Source of the DNA: a virus
Lineage: Duplodnaviria > Caudoviricetes
Virus record (IMG/VR): IMGVR_UViG_3300027533_000015
Coordinates: 19,433 to 83,432 of that record
Direction: 5' to 3' (one strand)
Length of the DNA stretch: 64,000 nt
Both the position numbers and the translations under genes were made by a program. Below are positions 56,901 through 63,982 of the stretch, piece by piece; the first letter of the stretch is position 1, and the number at the start of each line of letters is the position of its first letter. The notes under the pieces were generated by a model. The model was given only the letters and a program-made list of their open reading frames with translations. It was not told the origin of the DNA and did no database searches.

Positions 56901-57345
56901 AGAACCACTAACAGAAGAAGAAATAAATAAGTACTATGGATTCAAGAATCTCAAAGAGTTCATTACTATGGCTCTTACTAATAAGGAATTCCAGAAGTAC
57001 CTCAACTCTGTTCCAGTGGGAAATAAGACAGCCTTACAGAGATTCAGAGACTTGATTCACCAGATACTGACAGCTATGGGTGTCGATATTATTCCGGGGA
57101 GTGCTGCTGAAGTTGCTTTTAACAATATCTTTGAACTGATAGAGGCTGAGAATAAGAAAGAAGAATTTGATCCCACCCAGATGCAACATGGGGATATGGG
57201 TAACATGGATAATACCACTGAAGGAGGATACTTTGATGAGAATAATTTATTTCGTGATGGTAGTCTTACTGATCTCAGTCCTTCCCCCAGTGATTCAGTC
57301 AGTTCCTATATAGCTTCATTAAGTAATAAAGAAAAAATCTGCTAA
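44920..57345 (+). CDS. giant virion-associated RNA polymerase with a C-terminal zincin domain (4141 aa)
   Basis: Two-barrel RNAP motifs DASDGQ, KPVYTG, FRIPTSG and catalytic GLDFDVDK (53878-53895); HELVH (56710-56724) plus a downstream EFITMAL. Confidence 0.9.
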   Translation: MTTKTYDNKGDGGAKDPITPIDLFADAARVPNTFGTVKAQQINRNMGSFDAKDYSDMVNPTVFDDPGTLRKLDAQRQPRSTQLGHGLVQLGANFASGFGQGVANMLDISSWGNDNYQSSLMGLSTSDMDDWAKNIARNFEIKRVNPGAFEPGSFAWGMEQLASAGTGLGMGAFALLETAAIEFATMGVGTGAAIGRLGSLFKRIKDTEGVASMANAASKVRDLRSAATVFGVLSRTNEARMEAMMSHKEIVDDMSSVKNPDGSAKYTEQEIEEYANAGADKTYMGNLALLPLDILGYRTMMYNPVSGAGKGFIERGLAKIGSKYVRGATQFGVTGALEGVEEGFQYIVSNEGKHYAKVLGGLDDSTSFLQRVDKAITGDEFWNNFAGGVIGSPIISGAMKLTNKVIDGGRTKMMQQLQEDYVKNIGVMDNQIANQITAAENMGRHKEANIMRKQFRAKKALGAIHWDAVTDRDTAFTAHVTYLQGVLDDVNKGGAEALKDIGFENPTPEQLEYVKKEYKESIDDAMELKRIYDSVKDKYNRNFVPEITADHFQLGEMLKDKVALDAKVVAARAKLPQVDQLSSFGREQYDANYELLTLHLERARLTEEFRETENLMEKENIDMLLKTNEARLTKIKTRLDEISKDTTYEAEQKTLDNDIIKSALVSPAYQRLSKDKEHMDNAISLKRKNLALWDNPKYLDQRNKAAVEKARTKEQAKNNKDAAAKKPGGITATEAEALEAKDKELAAGEAAQVADAQKRAAEGGMGNYEMFKEDNKYVEQMKGAKHEGGDFEKTGAVFDSLSVGPTTGEDVSESPAPINVGPETSAARQQLVTGVAGLIARLGGKPSFEDLIRHIAKVQGMGVADELFNAAIYGWQQNNMPEESYAIIYNKIFGDPMNDFMQGGKGAIDTDKKLSDATDAAIGPVIIQQNKGIQFDSNGQPKYFYRDKYGKRVYVTNEASPKFAFLTQFSELVRTETPEGIEISFDYTSDELNIGQYVDSLQLLDPDQYNEGVEMEIRRPPNYLDILVPVFNKNGTKGKAMPFGQWAATTPGITPESQEYRDKIPLIIYRKGAPVGEKGLAFVHDIGWYHPDRFDQNSPNEMAAAIASTREIREATLVEPGNPTTIVITEKRQTTFEGLKTNKGTEYNNITLREANPDTELTIAVSEFGLSTARGELGVRFPNNNETLMNIKGFRVGEIIDVRRFGTKDGKKTYMGYPVFRDKLDEPAKESIRRAVNIYANRNNPERRGLHQPVVDAIQKQMGLDIYSPQGLQTYLSHFMYIYNSKTKTPKGGNHGDTVAAAAATELAPKTPFVAFQGGHIIFGKAGELAYAKPDGTAVGTFFINPDTSDARTAEYASATFAEKANLDTYYEQNVDLPALNANKPVMLIGANYAVTMGAPTYKDYLLDRIKTNVRSFNIGTEAAPNRVTNIQPIITYELKSKLDKLKIAATNEEVRKDMMEGQTKEEAGVKEEAPKEEEEAPKKEEAPKEKEPSPEEVAAEKKRKMKEEFDKRAKKDLGKNHIKGGKEFKTGESMEDLAVAPKEKEDVSELPIPMGEAQTDYVKNSLLRIAGLTPSEQFDIVDFMYNRIVAMVDLDTATVTKAMVDAEVKKAFDAIIAPYEQEHKESLEFGQNMIAEFPETADEETLSNLAVYQRKLDKIQAVRDNFDVLQEEAYNRVAKYTGITQDKVTNEFFNDTPYSEENPMTNSTEEEIMFGGDFSTDVLTQSPEKKLTYSMRRFFGQIRKFDSEGKEMTGFLDLWAYTGADEIVRKLMQTLADTPADFDTMISKLEKLEVPPPWMKDAIARLKVATKQQQSQFVTVMDSSSLRMKFVMITENKKTNTWTTKVYDTNLNGVADAIAKQWRGNLTERGLNIVEVGADGHYLFNREKGKELMKQYESWIGKGLEQVPFDMEPYWPVIRQVTPARVAEGNQPAREEKTMTITAIGGLLDWLNTNLPNRSSRVGLTMKNQEYQVTKLGDNKFKVAVLNKQDIRNPEQVDKWLKELGITLQPDTLSELLNSGMYHNYKSRSPLELFTGANGLFRILYTKLGVLVNKEGDVHDFTEEGDNLLDDSVINSLATLDAKYNSSVSPFAFRDGQKSIFALTARKFITDTVLELKDPDNHALLQNLQGISYSSPSLWLQMLKSSPKFRTLFQVSHIGLTAFKQQGKKLYKDTGITKLADTDHELDKLGFFWDTTQGEVELQADGKAVLNKYPGTNLAMRMGTMFSPTMSDKDVMTLMTTAVLNLGNADLNNGEGGITDEVVKALYEQTVLPELKRMISHANKGHVTNLKSYDKGARMFLFMPALNTLKFSGNNLADLIYSQPQTYNLQFLETNEEIKEGIKNTIRKYVDVLVKKKLQVWETDGITRTSEKGEMALQFFDWKYMQKFRGDNKQKARMAATDYVVNYLISTSNSFMAIIGDPAQMYKVDPTTKRQEYEEEIDYIVQVVRDTFTNVGKRLANQIAPGTGLANSAKEQYLQLMLADREGVEAENIAYLERLYGVEGAAPYRNIDASDGQEYTTWKEHLDILSRLGKNGDGLMDITQEELNQAAEIFEKGDPLTPKQAQLVTKIMQPMKPVYTGRLHDDTQDLMRVVYIKCSAFPLIPQLTKTFELDKLRLEMEEIQKNRKMNVRASYQSANKVGGVTNPINVWNDDGTANDVELKAIHNKDENGKYTGGMIVLDRKHFRIQQDVPFKSGKTGEDTISLGTQLMKLLFGDEIITFKDFSYGGRNDVTGAELHRTYNDLFIDLIKEKKAQLYDDLGLDDYGIPINMERTMGKLQHLLKSEAIKRGYPLQDIEGLTLTDEGEFNLPLWASSNSNRYESMLNSIISNRIIKMKFPGTSSVVGSEEGFQIKRKQEDLKGVDESQIIYTPAWNGTHLTATVEKNGVIKKAQIFMASKFKGADGKLIDLFKKVNDKYIYIEQKAGGGFTLKQDMFDKELLSMLSFRIPTSGHQSASQIEIAGFLPAQSADLMIVPKNFTKQKGLDFDVDKENSYQFWTHTTKEGKVEMLQEKHRKELLFDADREMQETDLTDLKKEYDEATTPRAKKYVMDKARARIAETHLIGDLFESAAYDDKDLEKNKFLRRLNSRITEKLMQNELIKINHAVFNNPDEKIQAKIARVLNTKYAEAQAKKIEKLKLVGMSEDERRFWTPLDDEYQKSKLISGASGKIATGAFSLDVVFHSLAQQTRANGKSIRLVEQIDDLEGGEKAKKRTIDKIWRFGDVTSDPELGGNRTQDGSRSISEVVTEAQQIAVDNEKLQVMGWVGLNDMTLDVFKVFMLTGIDKSPEDGDSIPFLFLSQPIIQDFVLEMKNINSIVAGYDKNKEQTVIDKLIAKYDPEKKWDNVDPAEHARVTDSLLNNTNFKTAIKAEKPDGEIQRAVLERFLDMRKYGIAIRGIQTSINTDSKGLGKSFFDVIDKREKLNKIGVDSDTIQGASNLIGDYINKEGLPDSKLQELQRLGYTSIGKYMVKPDTLSGAFSVDGVMTAYNMWNRFFPYDSMNAEAVFKEILAVTTLDKALELSNIEKKQHIFQNIKKYLAAEQSNGLSDDEVNKERSRLFIDTEENLSLSAYLKAIKFMIGNKTVDEHIKTNQLINRFEFDIQKNGMPSLTKYNNADGEEFDEQYLYNAMSVMLTEKNPDGSEISLPTIGNKSYTLKTLAQDMILAAYIGSAVQEAIQYVKYVPVAYLDAMGYSLAMRLNNKRFDDNPKLLGLKDKATDGTQDHFVSRFTMQYIQHFPERVQTKYDMRSLAAAIIRNPDGTFVFKDKTHPTFVSVYDPQVGRGDKKFQLYYFDGKKYDRVAVLGAFGMDEYQPAVDIGVSSINARMKFKPELQPLLQKDNTTAEYPDFNIRAGDVTEITRNIGNSTTPFAPLARQLVPFASGIKVTVSEVIVHGGKVYANARGIYSSELNSITIKEAILSDANQLAQTFVHELVHGLTVRQIKPYVDNLESAHPQVTKPDAPAYISNLIMLYNRLRNQLPRAELNEVMAAMDAKEPLTEEEINKYYGFKNLKEFITMALTNKEFQKYLNSVPVGNKTALQRFRDLIHQILTAMGVDIIPGSAAEVAFNNIFELIEAENKKEEFDPTQMQHGDMGNMDNTTEGGYFDENNLFRDGSLTDLSPSPSDSVSSYIASLSNKEKIC

Positions 57346-60300
57346 TGGCTACAGCGTGTACATATAACTATAAAGGAAGACAATACACAGAACAGGAACT
57401 CCTGAGACATCCTGATTTTACCAGACCCTTTGCTGCACAAAGGATAGATCAGGAGCATCTCATGAACAATACAGGAACACTGCATAATGAAGACCTCAGT
57501 TTCTTTCCCACTTCCACTACTGTGCCTCCACTTCAGGGAGCATTCCCCCAATTTATTGAGTTCAAGAAGACACAGTTACAGGAATATCAAAGAAGATATG
57601 ATGCAGTACTGGCTAAGAAGAAGAGCAAGAATCTTACCAAGGCTGAACTGGATACACTTAACAAGCTGCAAAGGGAGCTTAAGCTACAGATAGAGGGAAG
57701 CTATGAACTTCAGATAAAGGGTATCATAGATGAGATTGATGATTTGGAACAGTTAAGAGATGTCAATGCTGTGGGCTTCTATGTTGAAAGAGATTTGGCA
57801 AGACTAAATACCCTGACCTACTCCTCTAATATTGATGATATCAGGGAAGCTCAAAGGCTGATTGACTTTTATTCACTGGCTGGAACATTTGAACTGGGTA
57901 AGGACAATCCCTTCTTTACTAAAGATGAGATGTTCCTGAAGACCTTAACTGGTGAATACACTGCTACCTATAAGCAAAGTCCACAGTTGATGAACCAGTT
58001 TAAACAATGGAGACTCAGAGCTGAATATAACCAGAGTAAGGTAAACCAGAGAGAGCAGGAAGTAACTGAGAATGCTGTCAACAGTGATTACTCTGTAAAG
58101 AGAACCTATGGTAATAAGAGGTTTAGTTTTGAGGAGCTTGTCTATACAGAGACAGGCTTAAAGGATGCACACTTCATTGATATGTGGACTATGGATATCA
58201 CACAGGGTATCTTCTCTTCCAATGGTCTCCTTCCACAGGTTATGTTCACTTATCTTGCTAATTCATTTGAAAGAAAGCTGTCATGGTCAAGAGATGTAGC
58301 TACCAAAATTGATGAGATGAATCCTAAGGTGCAGAAGGAACTTATCAGGATGGGATACTCTCTGCGGGGATCTGGAATTATTGGTATTAATGGAGCATCC
58401 TACCAGCTATTCAAAGAGATTACTAAGGAAGGTAATGAAACAGGAGGCTTGGTCAGGAGATTCATTAAAGAGTTCTTTGATGCCAGTGACACTGCAAAGC
58501 ATAAGTTTGACATGAAGTTCAAGGATGCCCTGACCTATATCGATTATAACCAGCAGAGAACAGCAGTTAATAAAGCCTTTGAAGCACATAAGAGATGGAA
58601 GAGACAGAATACCATTATTATGAATCCTGATCTTATCCCTGAGATATCAGGAGCTACCAGTCCTGAAGCTATAGCCCATCAGAAAGAACTAATGGATATA
58701 CTGGGAAAGAAAGGTTATGACCAGCATGTTGCTCAACAGAAGGTTGCACTGGACAGATTCAGGTCAGAGAAAGATTCCTTTATTGAAACAATAATGGAGA
58801 TTGAAGGAGTATCTGACAGGCTACTTATTTCTGCTGCTGGTAAAAATGATATTGTCAGGTGGGATAATAATCACAATCCTTTATTGGGAGTTGAGGACTA
58901 TCATAGTGTTCCCGGTATCTTCTTTAATAAGGAGAAGGCCAATAACTTCATGGATTTTAATATTTTTATTCCCCGTAAAAATGCTGTTGATGTTGTGGTA
59001 AACACAGCTACCAAGAAATATGATTTTGTAGAGACCAAGACCAAAGGAGGCACTCCTGTCTCTACAGGGTTTTACAGTACTGAATTTGCAAAGATAGAAG
59101 CCAATCCTGTCCTTGCTGAGTTCCATGATGTGGTATCTGAGGTATGTGAGACCATCAGGGAGAACATGCCCTACAGTATGCAGAAAAGCATAGCTGTCAA
59201 TACACTGCCTGCTATGATGAAGACTGCTGCTGAACTGATAGCAGATAAGAATTTGGGAATAATGGCCTCCCTATGGGAAGCCTTCAAGAAACTAATAGAG
59301 AGAATCAGGCTGGACTTTGGAGTAATGAAGCAGGGTGAAGTTGGCTATGCTGTTACTGATCCTATCACTAAGAGAGAAAATTATAAGGTCAATGACCAGT
59401 TCATGCAGAATAATCACAGGGCCATAGATGACAGAATGACCATTGAAAAGACCAAGTTCTTACAGGAGTATAACATGAACCTGCCAAAGAATCAGCAAAT
59501 AAACAGTATCAGGAGATTCACTAACATTCCTCTGAGTGCCATGAACACTTCTTCCCTGTTGTCACTGGCTAAGTTCCTTCATGTGAATCTTACTCTTGCT
59601 GAAGCCAATGCAAAACAATTAACTAAGCTAAGAGACAGGACAGGTGATGTAGTACAGATAGGTAAATACATCAGGGAGTATTCTCAACATACCATAGTGC
59701 AGTCACAGAGCTTTGACCTGGGAAAGATATGCAAGTACTTCTCCAATATGACTATGGCTTATGCAGCAAGGCAGGAGGCTCTTCCTGTATTGGAAATAAT
59801 GAAGAAGCACTATGAGAGTATCCTCAAGCCTACTACTACTAACATAGGAAGGAACAGGAAGAATCCTGAAGATAAGATCATGCAGTATGGATACAGAACC
59901 AGTGCCAACAGGCAAATGGAAGATTGGTTTGAGAGAGTAGTGCTGGATAACTATGGCTTGCAGCATGGTGGTGTACATGGACAGCAGGGAGTTGCCAGCA
60001 AGAGAGTACAGAAGATTAATGCAAGGCTACAGGAAATTGAAAATGAACTGGCTGGTAACCCAAGTCAGGATAGAGTGAAGAAACTTCAGTCAGAACAGGC
60101 AAGTCTGAGGATTAAGAGAGCTATTCCTACCATTGGTGCTGACATCTATTCAGCAGAAGAAAAAAAGAAGCTAAATGAAATTGAAGAGCTTCTTGCACAT
60201 GAAACTGATCCTGATAAAATAGCTGAACTCATTAAGATAAAAAGCACACTGGGCAGGGCAAGGACTGCTACAGCCCTTTTTGATAACCTCATAGCATGGT

Positions 60301-61976
60301 TAAGGACACTGGGACTTGGTTATAATGTCAACTCAGCTTCCACTAACTTCCTTGAAGGCTTATCCTCTAATATGATTCTGGCTGCAATGGGGGAACACTT
60401 TGACCCCAAAGAGATATTCCCGGCTTATAATGTGGTCAAGGTCTCTATCCTGAAGAATGTCAGCTTTGGCCTCATAGAGGCAGGGGCTTCAAGGAAAAAC
60501 AGGAAGCTGATGGACAGGTACAGTGTACTGATGGATATGAAAAATGAACTCCAGAAGTCTTCCCATAAGTCTTTTGCCAATAGACTCTCTTGGACTGGGC
60601 CTCATGAGATCAACCAGAGAGTAGAGTTCATTAACCAATCTCCTATCATGATTGCCATGTTAAGGACTAAGAAGATAAAGGGCATTAGTGGAGCTGAGTC
60701 AAGTGTATGGGATGCTATGGATAAAGATGGGAACTTAACTGCTGACTTTAGAACAGAGGAAAACATCAATAACTGGGAGAAACTTCAAGGGGAAGAATAC
60801 TTGGTATTTAAAGAGAGTTTAAACAAGGCACTTGTTAAGGCACATGGTAACTATGATCAGCTAAGAGGTATGATGATGAAATCCAATGCTGCTGGTAAGG
60901 CACTTGCTATGTTCAAAACATGGCTACCTATGCAGATATATTCTCGCTTTGCTATTGAGCAGGATGATATTCAATCTGGTACTGTTGGTTACAAGGGTAA
61001 GTACTGGAGTTATGGAGCAGCAGGTGCATTCACCCATGTTGGTGTAGTAGCTACCATAGCTGGTGGGCCTGTTGCAGGTCTGCTCTTTGGCTTGGGAGGA
61101 GGTATAATAGGACACTTTACAGGCCCAAATAAAGGTGAGCCATTTAACTTCCTTGATATCATAAAGGAAATCGTGTATACTAACTTACAGCTTTTCAAGA
61201 AGGCAATTGGTATGCCTATTAACCTGTTAGCTGGCAAGCAACTCATTGGCTCAGATAAGTCCTTTGAGTCATGGGTAGGTAAGAAGAACTTTGATAAGCA
61301 GGATGCAGCTAACATGAGGGCTAACATGGCTGACTTAGCTATACAATTAATGTGGTTAGCAGGAATGATATTTGTCAAGTCTCTTTGGTGGGATGATGAT
61401 AAGGAGAAACAGAAAGAGGCAATGAAGAAGATGACAGAGGTTCAGAAGAAGGCATACAAGCAGAAACTGGCTGATGATAGGGCCAAGCATAATCTGTACA
61501 TGAATAAGTTCATGCAGTTATCCTCACAGGCAGGCCAGTATATAAACCCAGTTGATGCTTGGAATAATATCATTGGCTCTAATGGAGTGATCAGGTATTA
61601 TAAAGAGATTGATAAGTGGGTTCAATCCTTTGGAGATTATCTTGCTGATAAGGAGATCATCCCAAGTGGTATCCATGCTGGTGAGAACAAGTTTCTCATT
61701 GAGAGTAAGAAAGTCTTCCTGCCTGGGATTTTTAAAGATATTGAAACACTGGGTACTAAAGCCCTGACTGAGAAACAATTTGAGAAGTCTTCCATTGATG
61801 AATGGTTCAAGTCATCAAGTAAGAAGGCCAGTGAGAAATCAAGGAGAGACAGGGCAGAGAGAAGGGCAGAGCTTCAGGAGGAAGGCATGCTTGAATCAGA
61901 AATCAATAAGACACTGAAGAAGGAACTGCCAACACCTTCCCAACAGAAGAAGCTGAACAAGCCAAAGACTAAGTAA
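57345..61976 (+). CDS. large virion cargo/ejection protein (1543 aa)
   Basis: Helical; HGNYD..RG and MFKTWLP motifs; C-terminal hydrophobic segments; coupled to the RNAP gene by TAATG. Confidence 0.75.
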   Translation: MATACTYNYKGRQYTEQELLRHPDFTRPFAAQRIDQEHLMNNTGTLHNEDLSFFPTSTTVPPLQGAFPQFIEFKKTQLQEYQRRYDAVLAKKKSKNLTKAELDTLNKLQRELKLQIEGSYELQIKGIIDEIDDLEQLRDVNAVGFYVERDLARLNTLTYSSNIDDIREAQRLIDFYSLAGTFELGKDNPFFTKDEMFLKTLTGEYTATYKQSPQLMNQFKQWRLRAEYNQSKVNQREQEVTENAVNSDYSVKRTYGNKRFSFEELVYTETGLKDAHFIDMWTMDITQGIFSSNGLLPQVMFTYLANSFERKLSWSRDVATKIDEMNPKVQKELIRMGYSLRGSGIIGINGASYQLFKEITKEGNETGGLVRRFIKEFFDASDTAKHKFDMKFKDALTYIDYNQQRTAVNKAFEAHKRWKRQNTIIMNPDLIPEISGATSPEAIAHQKELMDILGKKGYDQHVAQQKVALDRFRSEKDSFIETIMEIEGVSDRLLISAAGKNDIVRWDNNHNPLLGVEDYHSVPGIFFNKEKANNFMDFNIFIPRKNAVDVVVNTATKKYDFVETKTKGGTPVSTGFYSTEFAKIEANPVLAEFHDVVSEVCETIRENMPYSMQKSIAVNTLPAMMKTAAELIADKNLGIMASLWEAFKKLIERIRLDFGVMKQGEVGYAVTDPITKRENYKVNDQFMQNNHRAIDDRMTIEKTKFLQEYNMNLPKNQQINSIRRFTNIPLSAMNTSSLLSLAKFLHVNLTLAEANAKQLTKLRDRTGDVVQIGKYIREYSQHTIVQSQSFDLGKICKYFSNMTMAYAARQEALPVLEIMKKHYESILKPTTTNIGRNRKNPEDKIMQYGYRTSANRQMEDWFERVVLDNYGLQHGGVHGQQGVASKRVQKINARLQEIENELAGNPSQDRVKKLQSEQASLRIKRAIPTIGADIYSAEEKKKLNEIEELLAHETDPDKIAELIKIKSTLGRARTATALFDNLIAWLRTLGLGYNVNSASTNFLEGLSSNMILAAMGEHFDPKEIFPAYNVVKVSILKNVSFGLIEAGASRKNRKLMDRYSVLMDMKNELQKSSHKSFANRLSWTGPHEINQRVEFINQSPIMIAMLRTKKIKGISGAESSVWDAMDKDGNLTADFRTEENINNWEKLQGEEYLVFKESLNKALVKAHGNYDQLRGMMMKSNAAGKALAMFKTWLPMQIYSRFAIEQDDIQSGTVGYKGKYWSYGAAGAFTHVGVVATIAGGPVAGLLFGLGGGIIGHFTGPNKGEPFNFLDIIKEIVYTNLQLFKKAIGMPINLLAGKQLIGSDKSFESWVGKKNFDKQDAANMRANMADLAIQLMWLAGMIFVKSLWWDDDKEKQKEAMKKMTEVQKKAYKQKLADDRAKHNLYMNKFMQLSSQAGQYINPVDAWNNIIGSNGVIRYYKEIDKWVQSFGDYLADKEIIPSGIHAGENKFLIESKKVFLPGIFKDIETLGTKALTEKQFEKSSIDEWFKSSSKKASEKSRRDRAERRAELQEEGMLESEINKTLKKELPTPSQQKKLNKPKTK

Positions 61977-61993
61977 TTGGTAATCAAAAAAAT

Positions 61994-62035
61994 AAAAAAG
62001 GCCAGCAGTATTTCTACTTGCTGACCTTTTTTTTT
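61994..62035. terminator. bidirectional intrinsic terminator between convergent blocks
   Basis: A6-GGCCAGCAGTA-tttc-TACTTGCTGACC-T9. Confidence 0.8.
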
Positions 62036-62254
62036 ATATCTGCATGTATCATTGCCTAAATGCTATTTAAGCGATCCCATACAAATTATTGCCACGCATC
62101 CAGCACAGTAAAGATAACCCAAAAATTCAGAAAGCCCCATCCATCCTTCTTATGCCTATGTAATTTAGTTATGGGCAGCACTTCACCACTTAGCCTAGTC
62201 CTTTGTTCAATTAACTAGCATGGATATACATGTGGATTCTGGCTTTTTCAGTTA

Positions 62255-62698
62255 TCATTCATACAAGTTATTCCTTGCCTCATTAAGTGACCTGAAATGC
62301 TGACCAGTTACCACATTGAATACATGCCTGCACTTAGGACATTGCACCATGTTGGTCTTCTGGAGATGCTTCTCAAACTCCACTCCTATCACATTGGAAA
62401 ATCTTTTCTTCTCCCACTCTGTCCATCCATATTTCTCAGCCATCTTCTTAGCCTCTTTAGGTATCATAAAGAATATGTCTAGTTTAGATAGCTGTTCAAG
62501 AATATCTCCCCCATCCCAGTTCTCATTGCAGCAGGGACATCTCCCACTCCTATCCACAGGAGCAGTAACAAAGACCTTCTCTTTCGCTATAGGTAAGTTA
62601 TCCTCTTCAGGATCATCTACAGGTATGTCCTCATAGATATCATCCTCTTCATTGAGCTTAAACATCCTGTCAAATTCTTCGCTGTCAAATCTACTCAT
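62255..62698 (-). CDS. zinc-finger-like protein
   Basis: CPCC...WDGGDI and CPKC motifs; acidic N-terminus. Confidence 0.7.
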   Translation of the reverse strand: MSRFDSEEFDRMFKLNEEDDIYEDIPVDDPEEDNLPIAKEKVFVTAPVDRSGRCPCCNENWDGGDILEQLSKLDIFFMIPKEAKKMAEKYGWTEWEKKRFSNVIGVEFEKHLQKTNMVQCPKCRHVFNVVTGQHFRSLNEARNNLYE

Positions 62699-62889
62699 TG
62701 CTTTAGTTTTTTGAAGTGAGCAATTAAAACAATTTCATGTGTGTACTGATAATAGAGTACAGTATCCTCAGAGTTAATATTAGTGTAGAGAAAAATTGGC
62801 CCTCTTACTGTAGGTCTGCATCTAAGAGCTTTGGATTCCAGCACTACTACTACCCCCTTCTTAGTTACTATCAGGGGTTTTGGTGTCAT
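62695..62889 (-). CDS. hypothetical protein (likely start MTPKPLIV)
   Basis: Short ORF coupled to the downstream gene by ATGA overlap. Confidence 0.45.
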   Translation of the reverse strand: MTPKPLIVTKKGVVVVLESKALRCRPTVRGPIFLYTNINSEDTVLYYQYTHEIVLIAHFKKLKQ

Positions 62890-63160
62890 GTCTTTTCTTT
62901 TTTGTTGGGCAATATACAATTCCTCTGGATACCATAGCCCAATTGCAATGGTTAATAGTACAGTAAATGACCTCCTCAATGTTATTACTTATCCTTGCAA
63001 TCTGCTCCATGATGTCACAGACATACACTGTCTGCTTTCTGCTGGTAAGCTCTGCCATGATAACATCAAGCTGATCAGATAATTCATCAGCCCTCTGTTC
63101 AGAGATGCCTACAGATTCATTATAGCTTCCTGCTGTCCTGTTAATGATGTTTAGTTTCAT
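62861..63160 (-). CDS. hypothetical protein (likely start MKLNIINR)
   Basis: ATG at 63160 overlaps the stop of the upstream gene (ATGA). Confidence 0.6.
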   Translation of the reverse strand: MKLNIINRTAGSYNESVGISEQRADELSDQLDVIMAELTSRKQTVYVCDIMEQIARISNNIEEVIYCTINHCNWAMVSRGIVYCPTKKKRHDTKTPDSN

Positions 63161-63546
63161 GATCTTGAAATTTTTGTTGATGGTTTCCATATAGGTAATC
63201 CCAGTCCTACCTGTGTGATGTAACCTACTACATACCACTCCTTGCCTCCTTTGTATTCAGCTATGAGCAAGCAGTGATCAGAAGAGATCAGGTTAATGGA
63301 AAGTTGGTGAAAGTTTTTGACTTTTGTGAATCTCTTTACCCATTCAATCCTCAGTAAACTGGCAAGATCACTGAAGTGAGCTACCTTCCTTGTATCTTCA
63401 TCACCCTCCACAAAGTCAGGTGTATGCTGTGTGATGATGCTTAGTGCTGAAGAAGGATCATCTCTTTTTGGGTAAGGGTAAGGTCTGATAGGGCCTGCAT
63501 TGCTCATTTTTCTCAGGCTTTCTTTTAATTTGTCCATTGGTGTCAT
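63157..63546 (-). CDS. hypothetical protein (129 aa)
   Basis: ORF in the leftward operon. Confidence 0.7.
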   Translation of the reverse strand: MTPMDKLKESLRKMSNAGPIRPYPYPKRDDPSSALSIITQHTPDFVEGDEDTRKVAHFSDLASLLRIEWVKRFTKVKNFHQLSINLISSDHCLLIAEYKGGKEWYVVGYITQVGLGLPIWKPSTKISRS

Positions 63547-63548
63547 TG

Positions 63549-63884
63549 TTATTCTTTTTCTTGTGATGAAGGAATGTTTATATCTCCGTTTTCATGTAGC
63601 CTGTAGAGTATAAACTGGCACATGGCTACCATATCTGCCAGTTTAATAGGATCTAGGTGTCCATCATTGAATATTAGTGCCATATCAAGCAGTTGCTTGT
63701 CTACTGGCATTTTAAATCTTTGAATTCCTTCTTGTTGCTGGGGCACATAAGTTGTTATAGCCTCCTGAAGTATTTCACTTGCCCAGATAGTTGAAGGAAC
63801 AGATTTATCCTGATAGGCATGATTCCATGTGGTGTCAATCAGGTGGAATATGAATTCCTTGTTGATGTCATTGAGATCAGTCAT
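63549..63884 (-). CDS. hypothetical protein (111 aa)
   Basis: ORF in the leftward operon. Confidence 0.65.
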   Translation of the reverse strand: MTDLNDINKEFIFHLIDTTWNHAYQDKSVPSTIWASEILQEAITTYVPQQQEGIQRFKMPVDKQLLDMALIFNDGHLDPIKLADMVAMCQFILYRLHENGDINIPSSQEKE

Positions 63885-63982
63885 ATAGGTGTTTTAAGTT
63901 TTATTTCACGAATTTTCTCAATTGCTTTTACGAGGTCATTCAGAAAGTTTTGCAATATTATAGCTTGTTCTTCACGGGTCAT
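63881..63982 (-). CDS. 33-aa peptide MTREEQAIILQNFLNDLVKAIEKIREIKLKTPI
   Basis: ATGA coupling to the next gene; amphipathic helix; very short. Confidence 0.4.
   Translation of the reverse strand: MTREEQAIILQNFLNDLVKAIEKIREIKLKTPI

Noticed and set aside
34834-61976. Numerous antisense and alternate-frame ORFs (60-260 aa) inside the large genes
   Set aside because: Shadow ORFs expected from codon bias; no motifs, leaders or operon context.
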